From positions 462 to 64,461 of the forward strand of contig JAFGKM010000047.1 in assembly GCA_016928555.1 (NCBI GenBank): 64,000 bases of DNA. Reading direction: 5' to 3'. The position numbers and the translations under genes were made by a program. Positions 48,749 through 58,909 of the stretch are shown piece after piece. This DNA comes from Candidatus Omnitrophota bacterium (GTDB lineage: Bacteria; Ratteibacteria; UBA8468; B48-G9; JAFGKM01). Below the pieces are notes generated by a model. The model was given only the letters and a program-made list of their open reading frames with translations, ran no database searches and was not told the DNA's origin. The first letter of the stretch is position 1. Every line of letters begins with the position of its first letter.

Positions 48749-49380
48749 TTGAAAACCTCCTTATTGAAAAAATACCAGAAAACAAAATCCAGATGCGGCA
48801 TCGGTATTTTTATTTCTCCGGCAAACTTTTTCATGAATTCTTCCGTCATAATGTATTGTGAGGCCGTCATCGCATTTGGTATCTTTTTTATAACCCCCGC
48901 CATAAAAAGCCCTCTCAGTATATGCCTGTCAAGAATTGCAAGCTCTCCGCCTTTGCCAATATTGCGCAGGAAATGGCTTGCTTCCTTGTATCCCATTCCT
49001 TTTACGTTATCCGCAATATGTTTCCTTAAAACCTTTTCATCTTTTTCTTCTGAAAGCATATCAAGAAAGGAGCTCTTGCCGTTGAAGAATTTACTGCGCG
49101 CTTCAACGATATATCCTGCCTTGTTATTCCTGAACCTAACTCCGCAGAAATTTTCTGAAATCTGTTTCTCTGTCCCTTCATGCAAAATTCCGTTTGCGGA
49201 AAGGCGCTCTACATTGTCCCAGCAAACCCGCGCTTTGCACTGGGGAGTGAGCAGGCAGAAAAAAAATTCTTTTTCTATCTTATCCTTCGTATCGTTCTTT
49301 TTAAACTGCCTCAGCCTTTCATCTACCTGCGGTTTTATGTTTTTGTGCACTCTTTTCAAACTTGTAATAATTCCACTCAT
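48745..49380 (-). CDS. N-glycosylase/DNA lyase, Ogg2-type 8-oxoguanine DNA glycosylase
   Basis: About 210 aa. HhH-GPD region GMGYKEASHFLRNIG...LAILDRHIL. Confidence 0.55.
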   Translation of the reverse strand: MSGIITSLKRVHKNIKPQVDERLRQFKKNDTKDKIEKEFFFCLLTPQCKARVCWDNVERLSANGILHEGTEKQISENFCGVRFRNNKAGYIVEARSKFFNGKSSFLDMLSEEKDEKVLRKHIADNVKGMGYKEASHFLRNIGKGGELAILDRHILRGLFMAGVIKKIPNAMTASQYIMTEEFMKKFAGEIKIPMPHLDFVFWYFFNKEVFK

Positions 49381-49435
49381 AGATAAAGTATACCTTAAAA
49401 TAAAAATAGAGCAAGTTTTACGCTAAAATCAAAAC

Positions 49436-50461
49436 ATGAAAAAAATTGCGGCAGATTCCGAATTAATATATAATAGGAATTCAAAAGAAATGATTATTTT
49501 CGTCCTGATAATTCTCGCCGCCCTATATATGGGCTGGTCCATGGGGGCAAACGATGCGGCAAACTGCGTCGGGGCCGACATAGGCTCCGGAATAATGCCG
49601 CTCAAGTTCGGCATAGCAATCACCTGCTTTTTCAGCCTTATCGGGGCACTGCTCCTCGGAGGCAATGTAATAAAAACCATAGGCAGGGGGGTGGTTGCGT
49701 TAAACGAAATGCCCAATTCCGATGCCGGTATTCTGGCTCTTGCCGCCCTGTTCAGCGCCGCACTCTGGGTAACGCTTGCAACCTATAAAAAATTTCCGGT
49801 TTCCACTTCCCATTCCATAGTGGGCGCCGTTGCAGGAGGAGGACTTGCGTTAAATACGGCGGTCCAGTGGGAAAAGATAGGACAGATTTTTATTTGCTGG
49901 GCGCTTACCCCTGTGGGTTCATGCATCCTTGCAATACTGCTTTATCCCGCTTTTAAACTCTTTTTCGGAATTTCTGTTATTAAAAAACGGGAACGCTTAA
50001 TTCTGCACGTTCTCATATATGTTACAAGCGCGTATCTCGCCTTTACATGGGGGGCAAACGACGTTGCGAACGCAACGGGGATACTTTTCGGAACGCAAAA
50101 ATTCACTCCGCACTCCGCAGCCCTTCTGGGAGCGCTGGCGATAACCGTTGGGGTTGTCACGTGGGGTTACAGGGTGATTGAGACGGTGGGATTCAAAATA
50201 GCGCATATAACGCCTCTAATGACTGTCTCAATTGAGGTGGCAACCGCGCTTAACGTCCACATCTATACCCATTACGGCATCCCCGTTTCCACATCGCATT
50301 CAATCGTCGGAGCCGTATGGGGAGCGGGAATAGTGCAGGGCATAAAAACAATGAACCTGAAGCTTGTGAGGGAAATAATCCTTACATGGGCGCTTACGCC
50401 TTTAATTTCAGGTATAATTACCTATGTATTGATAACCGTATTTTTATTTCTGGTTAAATAA
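49436..50461 (+). CDS. inorganic phosphate transporter, PiT family
   Basis: Duplicated GANDAANCVG / GANDVANATG motifs (PHO4). Confidence 0.85.
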   Translation: MKKIAADSELIYNRNSKEMIIFVLIILAALYMGWSMGANDAANCVGADIGSGIMPLKFGIAITCFFSLIGALLLGGNVIKTIGRGVVALNEMPNSDAGILALAALFSAALWVTLATYKKFPVSTSHSIVGAVAGGGLALNTAVQWEKIGQIFICWALTPVGSCILAILLYPAFKLFFGISVIKKRERLILHVLIYVTSAYLAFTWGANDVANATGILFGTQKFTPHSAALLGALAITVGVVTWGYRVIETVGFKIAHITPLMTVSIEVATALNVHIYTHYGIPVSTSHSIVGAVWGAGIVQGIKTMNLKLVREIILTWALTPLISGIITYVLITVFLFLVK

Positions 50462-50474
50462 CGGGAGGATAAAA

Positions 50475-51143
50475 ATGGAACGAACGAGAAACATATTTGC
50501 ATGGCTGGGAGAAAAAGAAGAACAGGAGGTATTAGCTCTTGCCTTAAAACACGTTGAAAAATCCTTTGAATGCGTCTTGGAAATGAAAAGCGGCATTGAA
50601 TCCCTTGTAAACAATGACATTGAAAGTAAAAAGCGTCATATAGTCCTTGCAAAAAACGCCGAGCACGACGGGGATGAAATCAAGAAAGTTATAATGAACG
50701 AACTGTCAAAAGGCATGTTCCTTCCTCCTGACAGGGAAGATTTGATTCTGCTGAATGAAAACCTGAACGACATAGCCGACAGCGCAAAGGGGGTTGTGCG
50801 TTTGCTTGAATTCTTTGAGAAAGAACCCTCTGCCGAACTTGACAGGCTTCTGCTTGAAAACAGCACGCTTGCCGTGAAAGCGGGGGAGAAGCTGAAAGCG
50901 GCAATCAACTACCTTGTAAAAAGCGACATTCAGAAGGTGATGGAGGAATGCGCCCAGATTGAAACACTGGAGGAAGAAGGAGACGATAAGAGGCGGGACC
51001 TTATAAAGGCACTGATAAAAACCGAGTTAACCCCCCAGCTGACCATTCTTGTTTACGAGATGATAGACAACCTTGAAAACGTTATTGACTGCGTCAAAAA
51101 GGCCGGCGACATGGTGAGAATTCTTGCAATCAAGGCGAGGTAA
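50475..51143 (+). CDS. PhoU-like / DUF47 phosphate transport regulator
   Basis: 222-aa all-helical protein immediately downstream of pit. RBS GGGAGGA. Confidence 0.65.
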   Translation: MERTRNIFAWLGEKEEQEVLALALKHVEKSFECVLEMKSGIESLVNNDIESKKRHIVLAKNAEHDGDEIKKVIMNELSKGMFLPPDREDLILLNENLNDIADSAKGVVRLLEFFEKEPSAELDRLLLENSTLAVKAGEKLKAAINYLVKSDIQKVMEECAQIETLEEEGDDKRRDLIKALIKTELTPQLTILVYEMIDNLENVIDCVKKAGDMVRILAIKAR

Positions 51144-51144
51144 A

Positions 51145-52431
51145 TTATATCCTTACCTGTTTTTCGTAATAGGGCGAGACATCAAATATGCCGCCGTTTT
51201 TCCCGTAAAAATCCGCATCAAGGCTGAATATGCCGTTGACAGGGCTTGTCCAGCCAGCCTCAGGGAAAGGGTGGCGCGATATAAGCTTGTCCCAGTCGCG
51301 GTAGTGCTGATGGCCGTTTGACTCAACCACCGGTATTTTCAAGCCGGGCAGAGGCTTAAGGCGGCAGGCAACATTTTTATTCCACTCAAGCAGCGGAGGC
51401 GTAACGGTAAGGTCCGCGCAAAAATAGTCCATGCCTCTTTTTTCAGCCTCACTCAATATCTTCAACGTCATGCTTAGTGTTTTTGCTATAGGTTTAAGGG
51501 CTACTCCCCTGTATCCCATCTGGCTTCTTTTAAGCGTATCTTCCTGCGTGTGGGCGCTCTCATCAGCCACAATCCTTACGGGAAAATCGCTGACATCCGC
51601 CTCAAGTTCTTCGGGAAACGGCTCTTCCATTATTATCACCCTGTCAAGGGCGCCTATCTTGTCTATGAAGTCTATCAGCCGCATCAATCGCTCTTTGCTG
51701 TCATACCTGCCGTTTGCATCAAAATAGTACGGAAGTTTCCCGTTTTCCGTATATTCCGTCGGGATCTCTCCGAATCTGCCGTGGATGCTTTTAATCCTTT
51801 CCATGTCCCACTTGAGCATTTTTTCCCGGTCTCCGTCCTTATCCGGGTCGGAGCCGATTTTTATCTTGAGGGTAAAAAAACCGTCGTTTATCGCCTTGCC
51901 TATATCCTCCATAGGCACTGCGTAAGACATGAGAGGGATACATGCGACAAGCGGATGTTTGTACTTCAAGGGTTCCCTGTACTCCACTGGAATCATGCCG
52001 TAAAAATCCTTCTTCCCCGTTTCTTTCGCATAAAGCACCCATAATGCATTGTCAAGAGCCACCAGAGCATTAAGGGTGAAGGTCTTTCTCAGGTTATTCC
52101 TTCCGGTTATTTTTTGCGCGTAAAAATGCACTTCATCAAGGATTGATTCCTGGGCGCTTATGGGATTATCAATCTCCCTGCCCTGCAGAAGCTTTGCGGC
52201 ATATTCAGTTACGGCGAACATAATGGAGTTGCCGCCCGCCTCGCTGTGAGATGTAAAAACCCCGGCATCCGACCATAAGACGCTCTGCGTCCCCATCCCT
52301 ATTGCGTAGTTTGATTCGGTCTCAACGCATACAATGGACTGCCACGCTCCGCTAAGGTATCCGCCCTTAAAACCCAGCGGCATCTTGAACGGCTCTATGT
52401 CGAAATTCAAATTGGCTTTTTTTATTTTCAT
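51145..52431 (-). CDS. enolase superfamily protein (mandelate racemase / muconate lactonizing enzyme-like)
   Basis: KxK (LKIKIG), DxN (FDANGRYD), EEP and DES acid residues with the spacing of the MR/MLE barrel. Confidence 0.45.
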   Translation of the reverse strand: MKIKKANLNFDIEPFKMPLGFKGGYLSGAWQSIVCVETESNYAIGMGTQSVLWSDAGVFTSHSEAGGNSIMFAVTEYAAKLLQGREIDNPISAQESILDEVHFYAQKITGRNNLRKTFTLNALVALDNALWVLYAKETGKKDFYGMIPVEYREPLKYKHPLVACIPLMSYAVPMEDIGKAINDGFFTLKIKIGSDPDKDGDREKMLKWDMERIKSIHGRFGEIPTEYTENGKLPYYFDANGRYDSKERLMRLIDFIDKIGALDRVIIMEEPFPEELEADVSDFPVRIVADESAHTQEDTLKRSQMGYRGVALKPIAKTLSMTLKILSEAEKRGMDYFCADLTVTPPLLEWNKNVACRLKPLPGLKIPVVESNGHQHYRDWDKLISRHPFPEAGWTSPVNGIFSLDADFYGKNGGIFDVSPYYEKQVRI

Positions 52432-52500
52432 TGCTTTTCTCCTTGCATAAAACCTTTGAAATTAGGATTTATACGGCTAAAGTTATATAATACATCATAA

Positions 52501-53196
52501 ATGGAAACAACTCAAAACTCCACCTTGCTGTTAAGTTTCGCGGCGGGCTTATTGTCTTTCGCCAGCCCGTGCATACTTCCTTTGATTCCAGCATATCTTT
52601 CATACATTACTGGCGCTTCCATTGAAAATCTTAAGGCAGGCGGGCTGTATAAAAAGAATATTTTGCTTTCGCTTGTCTTCGTGCTTGGATTTACCGCGGT
52701 ATTCACAATACTCGGAGCCTCGGCTACATGGCTGGGCAGGCACATGCTGATGAAGCAGGAGATTATAAGAAAAACCGGGGCAGTCATAATTGTACTGTTC
52801 GGCCTGCATCTTGCGGGAATCCTGAAAATTAAGCCGTTATACAGACAGAAAAGAATCAGCTCCGGAAAGACCGCCGGAAACTATGCCGGCGCATTTGTCA
52901 TAGGCATGGTTTTCGCCTTCGGCTGGACACCGTGCGTCGGGCCGGTGCTGGCCTCAATATTGATTATGGCTTCTGCGGAGGAATCCCTGTCAAGAGGAAT
53001 ATTACTGCTCTTTTTCTATTCAATGGGCATAGGCCTGCCTTTTATAATCACGGCATTGTTTTTGAATAAAGCCCTTTCCGTTTTTACAGGCATAAAAAGA
53101 CACTACAGAAAAATAGAAACAGCCACAGGCATTCTTCTTATCGCTTTAGGCATCCTGATGTTTTTCAACAAGTTCCGTGTTTTTACCGGCCTTTAA
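52501..53196 (+). CDS. ccdA: cytochrome c-type biogenesis protein CcdA (DsbD-like thiol:disulfide transfer membrane protein)
   Basis: FAAGLLSFASPCILPLIPAYLSYI and second Cys motif GWTPCVGPVL. Confidence 0.8.
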   Translation: METTQNSTLLLSFAAGLLSFASPCILPLIPAYLSYITGASIENLKAGGLYKKNILLSLVFVLGFTAVFTILGASATWLGRHMLMKQEIIRKTGAVIIVLFGLHLAGILKIKPLYRQKRISSGKTAGNYAGAFVIGMVFAFGWTPCVGPVLASILIMASAEESLSRGILLLFFYSMGIGLPFIITALFLNKALSVFTGIKRHYRKIETATGILLIALGILMFFNKFRVFTGL

Positions 53197-53200
53197 ATTC

Positions 53201-54412
53201 TTATTTCCTTAATACGGGATATTTTTTTAAAAACCCGACATCAGGAAGTTTCCCCACAAGAGGCTTTGCGTAATTTATAAAATCTGCCGTAACGCCGTTG
53301 CCCGCCCTGTTTATAAATGCTGGCGGCATGCTCCTCGTATTTTTAGCTACTTTATTAAGGTTCACCACCTCAAAATATGCGCCGTATTTTTTCCCTGCTT
53401 TTCTCTTGATTGAAACGGAACCGTCTATGTTGCCCGATACGGCATACCTTACGGCGAGCTTGCCTGCCTCATAGGCCTCTTTGGCGTCAACTTCTGAAGA
53501 GATGCCTGGGAAAGACCTCTGCAGGTATCCGAATGTGTCGGCTCTCACGCGGCTGACCTTTAACTCCTGTCTTATCATATCGGCGAGCAAATCGCCGAGA
53601 ACTCCGGTTCCGCTTAACTGTACGTTTCCATGGGTATCCACCTCTTTTGTAAACTTTGAAGCTATGGCTTCCCCTTTTTCATCCGAAATTCCTTCGGAAA
53701 CTGCGATAAGGCACCTGCCGTATTTTGAGTAGGTTTTTTCAACATCTTTGAGGAATTGCTCTTTTGTGAAAGGCCTCTCCGGGAAATATATAAGATGCGG
53801 ACCGTCGCTTGCGTTTACCCTTGCGAGGGCTGATGCGGCGACGAGAAACCCTGCATGCCTTCCCATAACTACGTCTATCTTAACGCCCGGAAGAGACATG
53901 TTATCCTGATTGTCGCCCATAACAGCCATAGCCACGAATTTCGCCGCGCTGCCATAGCCCGGGGTATGGTCGTTTTCCAGAAGGTCGTTGTCAATAGTCT
54001 TGGGAATATGAAAACACCTGAATTCATAATTTACTTTTTTGGCGCTTTCATTGAGGATATTTGCGGTTTCGGCCGAATCGTTTCCGCCGATGTAGAAAAA
54101 ATACCTTATATCGTACTTCTGAAGCATCCTGAAAATAATCTCGCAGTCCTGCTCATTGGGCTTCTTTCTTACACTGCCCAAGGCCGAACAGGGGGTAGCC
54201 GCCACCTTGCCGAGGTTTGCGGATGTTTCCTTCCTTAAATCTACAAACCTCCCATCCATGACGCCCTTTATCCCGTTGAGCGAACCGTAAACGCCTTTTA
54301 TCTGATTATGCCTCTTAGCTTCAATCACCGCTCCGACAAGACTCTGGTTTATGACAACCGTGGGTCCGCCGCTCTGCGCAATCATCATGTTGCCTTTCAA
54401 TTTTTCACTCAT
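53201..54412 (-). CDS. pfk: 6-phosphofructokinase (likely PPi-dependent type)
   Basis: SGGPTVVINQS, IGGNDS, PKTIDNDL, MGRHAGFLV. Strong RBS AAAGGAGG. Confidence 0.8.
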   Translation of the reverse strand: MSEKLKGNMMIAQSGGPTVVINQSLVGAVIEAKRHNQIKGVYGSLNGIKGVMDGRFVDLRKETSANLGKVAATPCSALGSVRKKPNEQDCEIIFRMLQKYDIRYFFYIGGNDSAETANILNESAKKVNYEFRCFHIPKTIDNDLLENDHTPGYGSAAKFVAMAVMGDNQDNMSLPGVKIDVVMGRHAGFLVAASALARVNASDGPHLIYFPERPFTKEQFLKDVEKTYSKYGRCLIAVSEGISDEKGEAIASKFTKEVDTHGNVQLSGTGVLGDLLADMIRQELKVSRVRADTFGYLQRSFPGISSEVDAKEAYEAGKLAVRYAVSGNIDGSVSIKRKAGKKYGAYFEVVNLNKVAKNTRSMPPAFINRAGNGVTADFINYAKPLVGKLPDVGFLKKYPVLRK

Positions 54413-54587
54413 TTCATCCTCCTTTACTCCGAACTCCCCAACTTTATTGCTTACAAAGTGAGGAGCTTGGATTTTATCTTCCGCAGTTAAAAATTTAACT
54501 TTTTATTATAAATCAAACATCCTTTAAAATCCATTTTATTTCTGTTATTCCAAATTCCGACATAAGTAATTTGTTTATATGGTAGCC

Positions 54588-54760
54588 GCAGGTCCCGCCT
54601 ATGCTAAAAAAGCTTCGGCGGGTAAACTTCAGCCTGCAAACCATAAAATCTACGCTCTCATTACAGCGCAACCTGAAGAGTTGCGGCTACCGGCGCTCAA
54701 CCGCTCTATGCCGGAATTTAAGGCAATATTTTTTATCTTGCGTTTTTTTTCTTCATGTGC
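54588..54760 (+). promoter_or_regulatory. candidate structured RNA leader (multi-stem, closed by a 10-bp helix) followed by a U8 tract, upstream of the B12 radical SAM gene
   Basis: GGUAGCCGCA (54591..54600) pairs with UGCGGCUACC (54692..54701). Nested hairpins CCCGCC/GGCGGG, CUUCAG/CUGAAG, CCGGC/GCCGG, then GCAA..UUGC plus UUUUUUUU (54751..54760). Class not identified. Confidence 0.3.
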
Positions 54761-54856
54761 TATTATTTTTTCCATTCAAACTAAAGTCTTTTTCTTGATT
54801 TGTTTTTAATAAATGTTTCAAATAAGGCGTCGAGCCACAACCTGAAGGAATTAATT

Positions 54857-56173
54857 ATGCGGGTAAATCTTATTTCACCCAGATCGCCGGTAACGGTTGT
54901 CACAAGAAGAGAGAAGGCAATCCAATTTTCACGATTGAGCCTGATGACCGTTGCGGCATTATTTCCTGCGGATACGAATATAAGGTTAATAAACGACAGT
55001 CTGGAAGGCATAGATTTTGATGAAAAAGTTGATATGGTGGGCATAACCACCTTAACATCAACTGCCCCGCGCGCATATGAAATTGCCGACAGATACAGGG
55101 AAAGAGGCATTCCCGTTATTCTCGGAGGCATCCATCCGTCAGCATTGCCTGAAGAAGCATCTCTACACGCCGATGCGGTAGTCATCGGAGAAGCGGAAGG
55201 GTTAATGGAGCGATTGCTCAGCGATTTCAGAGGCGGGAAACTGCAGAAAATTTACAAGTCCGACGAAAGACCAAACCTTGCAAACCTTCCCCTGCCGAGA
55301 AAAGACCTTTTGTCCGGGAATAAATTTTACAGGGAGATGGATTTAGTTCAAACAACACGAGGATGCCCCTTCGGCTGCGATTTTTGCAGTGTCTCGGATT
55401 TCTTCGGGCGGACTTACCGAACAAGGCCTGTTGAGGACGTAATAAGAGAAGTGAAATTATTGAAAAACCGCAGAATAATATTTTTTGTGGACGATAATAT
55501 CGCAGGTCGCCCGGATTATGCCAAACAGCTTTTCAAGGCATTGATTCCACTGAAGGTGCATTGGTTCGGACAGGCTTCCATAATTATCGCCAAAAACAGG
55601 GAATTGCTCCGGCTTGCCGCGAAAAGCGGATGCATAGGGCTCTTTATAGGTTTTGAGTCCCTTTCCCCCGAAGGGTTAAAACAGGTGCATAAAACTGTTA
55701 ACCGCGTTAATGATTATGACGAAGGGATAAGGAAAATACATGACAGCGGAATTGGGATTATAGGCGCTTTTATTTTCGGTTTTGATTCTGATAACGAAGG
55801 GGTTTTTGAAAATACGGTTGATTTTATTGAAAGGAACAGGATTGAACTGGCAAGTTTTTCCATCCTAACCCCCCTGCCTGGAACGCGTTTATACAAACAG
55901 TTTGACGAACAGGGAAGAATATTTGAAAGAGACTGGGCAAAATATACCTGCGGAGAGGTTGTTTTTAAACCTGCCATTCTGAGTATCGACCAGTTGCAGG
56001 ACGGCTATTACTGGGCAAGAAAACAGATATCATCATACGGCTCAATTTTCAGAAGGACAGCCCGCCTCAACAAAATAGCGCTTTTATCACTCCCCGTAAA
56101 TTTAGTAATGCGAAAGGCAAGCAGGGCCTCTTTAAAGGACATAAAAACCTCTATGTTCGATAAAACAACCTAA
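54857..56173 (+). CDS. B12-binding domain radical SAM protein
   Basis: N-terminal B12-binding fold, radical SAM RGCPFGCDFCS. RBS AAGGAA; track start 54800 is an unsupported extension. Confidence 0.8.
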   Translation: MRVNLISPRSPVTVVTRREKAIQFSRLSLMTVAALFPADTNIRLINDSLEGIDFDEKVDMVGITTLTSTAPRAYEIADRYRERGIPVILGGIHPSALPEEASLHADAVVIGEAEGLMERLLSDFRGGKLQKIYKSDERPNLANLPLPRKDLLSGNKFYREMDLVQTTRGCPFGCDFCSVSDFFGRTYRTRPVEDVIREVKLLKNRRIIFFVDDNIAGRPDYAKQLFKALIPLKVHWFGQASIIIAKNRELLRLAAKSGCIGLFIGFESLSPEGLKQVHKTVNRVNDYDEGIRKIHDSGIGIIGAFIFGFDSDNEGVFENTVDFIERNRIELASFSILTPLPGTRLYKQFDEQGRIFERDWAKYTCGEVVFKPAILSIDQLQDGYYWARKQISSYGSIFRRTARLNKIALLSLPVNLVMRKASRASLKDIKTSMFDKTT

Positions 56174-56201
56174 CCTGCTTTTTTTATTTTTGAAATTTAA
56201 T

Positions 56202-56642
56202 TCAAGGTTCCATCAGTTCAAAACCGGATTTTTCATCCCTCACCCTGTGCCCGGATGTTTTTATTTCCAGAAGTATAACTTCTCCGACCTGCCAGATTTG
56301 TATACCCGGACGGATACATCCGGTAAGACTTTTGTCCTTCCTGCCCATGGAAGCATGCATATGAAGCTTAGGTTTTCCTTCGCTGTCAGGGAAAATAGTT
56401 CCTACCCCGATTATTTCATGAACCCCTTCCAGATGCAGAAATATCGGATTTACAGGCATTTGCTCGCCTGACACCGGACCTGAAACAATCTTACCGCCCG
56501 AACGCACACCTCCAGCGAGTATGCACATGCCGCCCGCAATCCCGTTCTCTTCGGCAAATCTTTCCAGCGTGGAAGGAAGAGCATCCCCGTCCTCCAGCCT
56601 TACAACAAAAATACGCCCTATCTCCCCTTGCGAGTATTTCAT
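56202..56642 (-). CDS. PPC (DUF296) domain protein
   Basis: GEIGRIFVVRLEDGDALPSTLERFAEENGIAGGMCILAGGV is typical of the PPC/DUF296 fold. Strong RBS AGAAGGAGG before ATG 56642. Confidence 0.55.
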   Translation of the reverse strand: MKYSQGEIGRIFVVRLEDGDALPSTLERFAEENGIAGGMCILAGGVRSGGKIVSGPVSGEQMPVNPIFLHLEGVHEIIGVGTIFPDSEGKPKLHMHASMGRKDKSLTGCIRPGIQIWQVGEVILLEIKTSGHRVRDEKSGFELMEP

Positions 56643-57044
56643 TTTGAAAACCTCCTTCTCTGATTTTCTAATTTTATCATATAAAACGGAAAAGGAGGAA
56701 CATAAAATCACCGGTCGGAATATTCGTTGAAAATCTCTGAAAAGACATTGTTGATTTTTATAAACGCCCGCATAACGTCCGGGTGCGGTAAAACCCAGAA
56801 GTATGATTTTACCCGTAAAAAACAATTCCGAATATTTTCCTGCGACAATATTCGACATTGAAACACATGGAAACGTTGAAGGGGCACCGTAATAGTTTAT
56901 CAGAGCATTATCTGCCTGGAAAACCTCTTTAATGTATTATACCTTCATTCTCCCTCATTTGGTCAATACGCCCTTGTATTTGCATTTGACATTTATAAAA
57001 TGGCGGGAGTAAAATAGAACTGAGAGAAAAGGGAGGGAAGAATT

Positions 57045-57221
57045 ATGGCAAAATTTACTGGGCATTGCATGAAGTGCAGGGAGAAGAAGGAATTTGAAGG
57101 TGAGGAAGTAATAAAAGACACGAAGAAAGGCCAGGTAAAATTCGTAACGGGACCATGTCCCGACTGCAAGGGGGCAATCTGGAAGATAGTCGGAAGAATC
57201 GTTAAGAAACAGGATCAGTAA
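57045..57221 (+). CDS. small zinc-ribbon protein (58 aa), not in ORF track
   Basis: MAKFTGHCMKCREKKEFEGEEVIKDTKKGQVKFVTGPCPDCKGAIWKIVGRIVKKQDQ with CxxC...CxxC. Strong RBS AAGGGAGGGAAG. Confidence 0.45.
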   Translation: MAKFTGHCMKCREKKEFEGEEVIKDTKKGQVKFVTGPCPDCKGAIWKIVGRIVKKQDQ

Positions 57222-58690
57222 CCTTCCTTCTTTTTAAACAGCGCCTGCTGTATCTGGGGGATGTCTTCCTTTTTTGCCAGCACGAGAATGGCATCTCCTC
57301 CCTGAAGTATTGTCCGCCCGCCCGGTATAAGGAAACGGTCCTCTCTCGCTATTACGACAATCAGAGAAGATTCGGGTATATCCAGCTCAATTACGGGACG
57401 CCCCACAGCGACTGAATGGTACGGTATGACTATCTCTTCGAGAATCGCGTCAAAACTGTCCGAAGGAGCCAGTTCTATGGGATACCGTTTCTTTCTTTCC
57501 ATAGTACTTGTCAGTTTTAGAGCGCGGGATACAGACGGAATAAGAGTGCCCTGGATAAGCAGGGAGGTTATGACTATGAAAAAAACAACGTTGAAAATTG
57601 TGTCCGAACTGCCGATGCCTGCGGCGAATGGAAAAGTGGCCAGTATGATTGGCACCGCTCCTCTAAGCCCCACAAAAGATACCAGCGTTTTTTCCCTGAT
57701 TCCGGCGGTTTTCGAAAAAAGCAGGGTAACAAATACGCTTAAAGGTCGGGCTAAAAGCATCAGTATGACAGATATGAGAAGGCCCGGCCAGAATATTGCA
57801 GCGATGCGCGAAGGAGTAGCCAGCAAACCCAGAAGCAAAAACATCGCTATCTGCATAACCCATGCTATGTAATCATGCAATGTCGCTATAACATATTTTT
57901 TGACAACCTTGCGGTTTCCCACGACAATTCCGGCAATATATACCGCAAGAAAACCGTTTCCTCCCGCGAATTTTGCAAGCAGATAGGTCATGGGAACGAG
58001 AGAAATGTCAATTACCGGCCTCAATCCTTCCTGCTCCAGCCTGATGTGGTTGAAGATAAAAACTATAACCCTGCCCATCAGATATCCTGCAACGCCGCCG
58101 AAAACCATCTCTCTCAAAAAAGACGGTACCATGCGCCACGCAGAACCCTCTCCTGCCATCAAGGAAATACATCCGATGGTGAGAAAAACCGCCATGGGGT
58201 CGTTACTGCCGGATTCAAGCTCAAGAAGATTCTGCACCTTATTTTCTATTTTTAATCTTCTGGAGCGGAGGAGGGCAAAAACCGAGGCGGCATCCGTAGA
58301 AGATACAATCGCTCCCAGCAGAAAGCCCTCCCGGATAGATAACCTGAGTATCCATACCGCGAAACAGCCCGTGATTACGGCCGTAATCAAAACGCCTATT
58401 GTAGCGAGGGATACGCCGGGAAGGAAAAGAGGCTTGACTTCCTTCCATTCAGTATTGAGCCCTCCGTCAAATATGATGAAGGAAAGAGCTATGATGCCGA
58501 AGAACCTTACCGCCTGATAGTTTTCAAAAAATATGCCCCCCGGCCCTTCTGAACCGGCCAGCATACCTACAAGTATGAACATTAACAGCGACGGAACGCC
58601 AAGCCTGTCCGAAATTTTGCTGGAAAGCACCCCTACAAGGAGCATCAACGTGGCGGCGAGAAGCAAGTAATGAAAAGAATCTATAGTCAT
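57215..58690 (-). CDS. K+/H+ (cation:proton) antiporter, NhaP2/CPA1 family, with C-terminal TrkA-C domain
   Basis: About 12 TM helices plus a C-terminal regulatory RCK_C-like domain (ILQGGDAILVLAKKEDI). Confidence 0.8.
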   Translation of the reverse strand: MTIDSFHYLLLAATLMLLVGVLSSKISDRLGVPSLLMFILVGMLAGSEGPGGIFFENYQAVRFFGIIALSFIIFDGGLNTEWKEVKPLFLPGVSLATIGVLITAVITGCFAVWILRLSIREGFLLGAIVSSTDAASVFALLRSRRLKIENKVQNLLELESGSNDPMAVFLTIGCISLMAGEGSAWRMVPSFLREMVFGGVAGYLMGRVIVFIFNHIRLEQEGLRPVIDISLVPMTYLLAKFAGGNGFLAVYIAGIVVGNRKVVKKYVIATLHDYIAWVMQIAMFLLLGLLATPSRIAAIFWPGLLISVILMLLARPLSVFVTLLFSKTAGIREKTLVSFVGLRGAVPIILATFPFAAGIGSSDTIFNVVFFIVITSLLIQGTLIPSVSRALKLTSTMERKKRYPIELAPSDSFDAILEEIVIPYHSVAVGRPVIELDIPESSLIVVIAREDRFLIPGGRTILQGGDAILVLAKKEDIPQIQQALFKKKEGY

Positions 58691-58776
58691 TTTAATTCTT
58701 TTCGGCTGACCTGAAATTTATATTTTTAATTGTATAATACATGTACTGCAAATACAAGGAAAACTATCTGAATTTT

Positions 58777-58805
58777 TTGACATAAGCGACTTTTGATTGT
58801 ATAAT
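58777..58805 (+). promoter_or_regulatory. consensus sigma70 promoter (TTGACA, 17 nt spacer, TATAAT with upstream TG) for the PilZ-response regulator unit
   Basis: TTGACA 58777..58782 and TATAAT 58800..58805. A second TTGTATAAT copy lies about 66 bp upstream (58730..58738) without a good -35. Confidence 0.5.
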
Positions 58806-58909
58806 ACGCATGGAGGCAGGAGAATGGAAAAGAGCATTCTGTCTCCTGCCGGTGTCCTGAATGATTTCTTGCGGGATATAAACGACAACGCCCAAAGGAG
58901 CCGTCCCGA

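Noticed and set aside
54588-54760. Assignment of the structured leader to cobalamin, TPP, SAM-I, c-di-GMP-I riboswitch or SRP RNA
   Set aside because: The B12 box (GCCACTG), the TPP CUGAGA/ACCUGAUC elements, SAM-I kink-turn motifs and the SRP domain IV AGGUCAGGUCCGGAAGGAAGCAGCC motif are all absent by eye. Only a generic multi-helix fold is supported.
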